This document shows, one piece after another, positions 47,734 to 49,904 of a stretch of DNA of 49,904 nt. A program made the position numbers and the translations under genes. The stretch is from Bacteroidales bacterium (GTDB lineage Bacteria; Bacteroidota; Bacteroidia; Bacteroidales; VadinHA17). Each line of letters starts with the position of its first letter. The stretch's first letter is position 1. The stretch spans positions 1-49,904 of the forward strand of contig JBBRSO010000006.1 in NCBI GenBank assembly GCA_038245405.1. The letters run 5' to 3'. The notes under the pieces are model-generated. The model ran no database searches and was not told the DNA's origin. It was given only the letters and a program-made list of their open reading frames with translations.

Positions 47734-49791
47734 CTATTTAAGATAAGTATCCAGCCATTCAAAGAATTCACGCTGCCAGATAACTGAATTCTGCGGTTTT
47801 GTCACCCAGTGATATTCATCCTCAAAAAACAGTAATCTGCTGGGAATACCTTGCAGCTGTGCTGCATTAAATGCTTCCAGACTTTGTGTGTAAGGTATTC
47901 TGAAGTCATTCTGACCGGTAATTATGAGTATAGGCGTTTTCCATTTATCTACCATAAGATGAGGCGAGAATTTATAACTCGGCAGATTCTTCCAGTATGG
48001 ACCACCGTAGTCTTTGTTTGGAAACCATACTTCCTCGGTACTACCATATTCACTTACAAAATTGAAAACACCGCAATGTGAAATAAATACCTTGAACCTG
48101 CCATTATGAATACCTTCAAGATAGAAAATTGAAAATCCTCCATAGCTGGCTCCCACTGCACCCATTTTTTGTGCATCAACAAATGATTCTTTTGCCATTG
48201 AATCTGTAGCGTCAAGATAATCCTGCATATTTTTTCCACCGTAGTCACCCGAGATCTCTTCTTTCCATTCCTGACCGAATCCGGATACACCCCGGCGGTT
48301 AGGGGCAAAAACAATATAACCTTTTGCAGCTATCATCTGCATATTCCAACGGTACGACCAGAACTGATCAAGAGCTGATTGCGGGCCTCCTTCACAGAAC
48401 AGGAGGGCTGGATATTTTTTAGATTGATCAAAGCCGGGAGGATAAATCACCCACATATGGAGATCTTTCTTATCTTTTGTCTTGATATATTTTTCCTCAA
48501 CCTTCCCCATTCTAATATTATCGTAGATTGGTTTATTAATTGATGTAATCTGATTGAGTGACCCGGTTTTTATATCTACGATTGTAAGTTCAGGTGCCAT
48601 CGACATTGAGAGGATCTCTGAGAGGAGAACCCCTGACTTGATTGTGAACGGTCCTAAATTATGAACCCCGGTAGTTAATGGGGTTACTGCTTTTCCGCTG
48701 ATGTCTGTTTTGAAGATCTGGGAAGTGCCCAGGTGTGAGCAGGCAAAATAGATTGTTGAATCTCCGTTCCAGGTTATATTTGAAACATCAAAACTCCAGT
48801 CTTTTGTGATCCACGATCTCTTACCTTCATTTATATTGTAAACAAACAGCCTGTCGAGGTCTGCCTCATAGCCATCTTTTTCCATACTCTGATAGGCGAT
48901 CATTGAACCATCGGGGGAGAAGACCGGATACCTGTCATAGCCTTTATTACCCTCAGAAATATTAACTTCTTTGCCGGTTTCAATATTATAAAGATATACA
49001 TCTGAGTTTGTGCTCACTGCATCCTCTTTACCAAATAGCCTTTTTGATGTATAGGCGATATTTTTCCCATCAGGGCTCCAGGTTATTTCTGTTTCATCAA
49101 AGTAAGGTGCTGATGGCGTTTCAAATCGTTGTCCTTCCATAATGTCTTTTGCCTCCGAAACGGTGTTCCCGTTCAGCCGGGCTACAAACAGATGGCTGTA
49201 TGAATAATCGCTCCAGTAATTCCAATGACGGTACATCAGGTCGTTAATGATTCTGACGTGTGCCTTTGGCAGGTTATGTTTCTCATTTGCAGTCTGATCA
49301 AGTTTAACCCTTTTTGTAAAGTATATGTTTTTTGTGTCAGGGGAAATACTGAAGTATTCAAATTCGCCGATGCCGGTTATTTCTTTCAGGGTAGAGCCAT
49401 CGGCGTTCATTGTAAAAAGCTTCCCCCCGTTGACAAATGCGAATGATTTACCATCGTTGAGCCATTGTGGAGAGCTACCTCCATCGGTAGTTAGTTGAGC
49501 AGGATTTCCTGACGAAGTGGTAGTTTTAAAAATGTTTGTTCTTCTGGCCTCAGTCTGAAGATCAATGTCGGTGACAGTGTAAAGGGCAGTGGATCCGTCT
49601 GGAGAGAGAGAAAATGATCCCAGTCTTCCGAATTTCCACATTATTTCTGGAGTCATAACGCCACCTGTTTTTTCTTCGGAGGTAAGCTGGTTGTCAAATT
49701 GTTTCACGGCTTCTTTGGGCGCGACGGTCTTCTGCTGGCATGATCCGAAGATCAGTGCGGACAGAATGATTGGCAAAAGATATTTTTTCAT
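47734..49791 (-). CDS. S9 family peptidase (dipeptidyl-peptidase 5-like lipoprotein)
   Basis: Lipobox FGSC; beta-propeller (SPDG repeats), GASYGG nucleophile, NDFRIP Asp, DEYHWV His. Confidence 0.92.
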   Translation of the reverse strand: MKKYLLPIILSALIFGSCQQKTVAPKEAVKQFDNQLTSEEKTGGVMTPEIMWKFGRLGSFSLSPDGSTALYTVTDIDLQTEARRTNIFKTTTSSGNPAQLTTDGGSSPQWLNDGKSFAFVNGGKLFTMNADGSTLKEITGIGEFEYFSISPDTKNIYFTKRVKLDQTANEKHNLPKAHVRIINDLMYRHWNYWSDYSYSHLFVARLNGNTVSEAKDIMEGQRFETPSAPYFDETEITWSPDGKNIAYTSKRLFGKEDAVSTNSDVYLYNIETGKEVNISEGNKGYDRYPVFSPDGSMIAYQSMEKDGYEADLDRLFVYNINEGKRSWITKDWSFDVSNITWNGDSTIYFACSHLGTSQIFKTDISGKAVTPLTTGVHNLGPFTIKSGVLLSEILSMSMAPELTIVDIKTGSLNQITSINKPIYDNIRMGKVEEKYIKTKDKKDLHMWVIYPPGFDQSKKYPALLFCEGGPQSALDQFWSYRWNMQMIAAKGYIVFAPNRRGVSGFGQEWKEEISGDYGGKNMQDYLDATDSMAKESFVDAQKMGAVGASYGGFSIFYLEGIHNGRFKVFISHCGVFNFVSEYGSTEEVWFPNKDYGGPYWKNLPSYKFSPHLMVDKWKTPILIITGQNDFRIPYTQSLEAFNAAQLQGIPSRLLFFEDEYHWVTKPQNSVIWQREFFEWLDTYLK

Positions 49792-49800
49792 AGAAGTTCC

Positions 49801-49904
49801 CTATTTTTTAAGCGCTTCATATACTTTATTCTTTAGCTCATCATAGAGTTCAGGGTTGTCTTTAAGGATCTGTTTTACAGCATCACGTCCCTGCCCGAGT
49901 TTTG
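49801..49904 (-). CDS. recA: RecA C-terminal fragment (gene enters from the right window edge)
   Basis: Manual translation [33 protein letters not shown] matches the RecA C-terminal (K/R)(I/L)GQGR...L.DNPE motif. Confidence 0.88.
   Translation of the reverse strand, partial: KLGQGRDAVKQILKDNPELYDELKNKVYEALKK

Noticed and set aside
41669-49904. uvrA, DUF559 and recA as a DNA-repair cluster
   Set aside because: They are separated by unrelated genes in mixed orientations, with no evidence of a shared operon.
1-49904. tRNA, rRNA, tmRNA, riboswitch, prophage or defence island
   Set aside because: Intergenic gaps are short and showed no recognisable signatures by eye; an Infernal/tRNAscan run would be needed to exclude small RNAs fully.

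Overview
A mostly housekeeping 50-kb segment from a Bacteroidota genome, probably an anaerobic Bacteroidales. Support: TAnnTTTG -7 promoter elements upstream of many genes, a murF-alr fusion, gldB-like, DUF5686 and DUF1573 genes, and a 2[4Fe-4S] ferredoxin. About 40 CDS are recognisable, including tgt, lptF/G, pccB/mmdA-like, ispE, dnaB, rsmI, tdk, murF-alr, nadE, meaB, znuACB, lpdA, uvrA, smpB and miaA. Three are missing from the ORF track: a partial ECF sigma at the left edge, a 55-aa ferredoxin and the recA 3' end. I see no rRNA, tRNA, CRISPR array, prophage or canonical IS. The most interesting signal is intergenic. A lone DUF559 (Vsr-like endonuclease) gene is bracketed by ~40-bp inverted hairpin repeats that show a compensatory base change. 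Shorter relatives of the same C-tract/hairpin repeat occur as gene-less inverted doublets at 8.6 kb, 37.0 kb and (degenerate) 46.8 kb. This looks like an autonomous/non-autonomous REP-REPIN-like system with a nuclease in place of a RAYT transposase (a hypothesis). There is also an 18-bp perfect palindrome inserted with an apparent 3-bp target duplication into a heptamer array, and head-to-head hexamer and heptamer tandem arrays. All calls come from reading the sequence by eye; no database searches were run.
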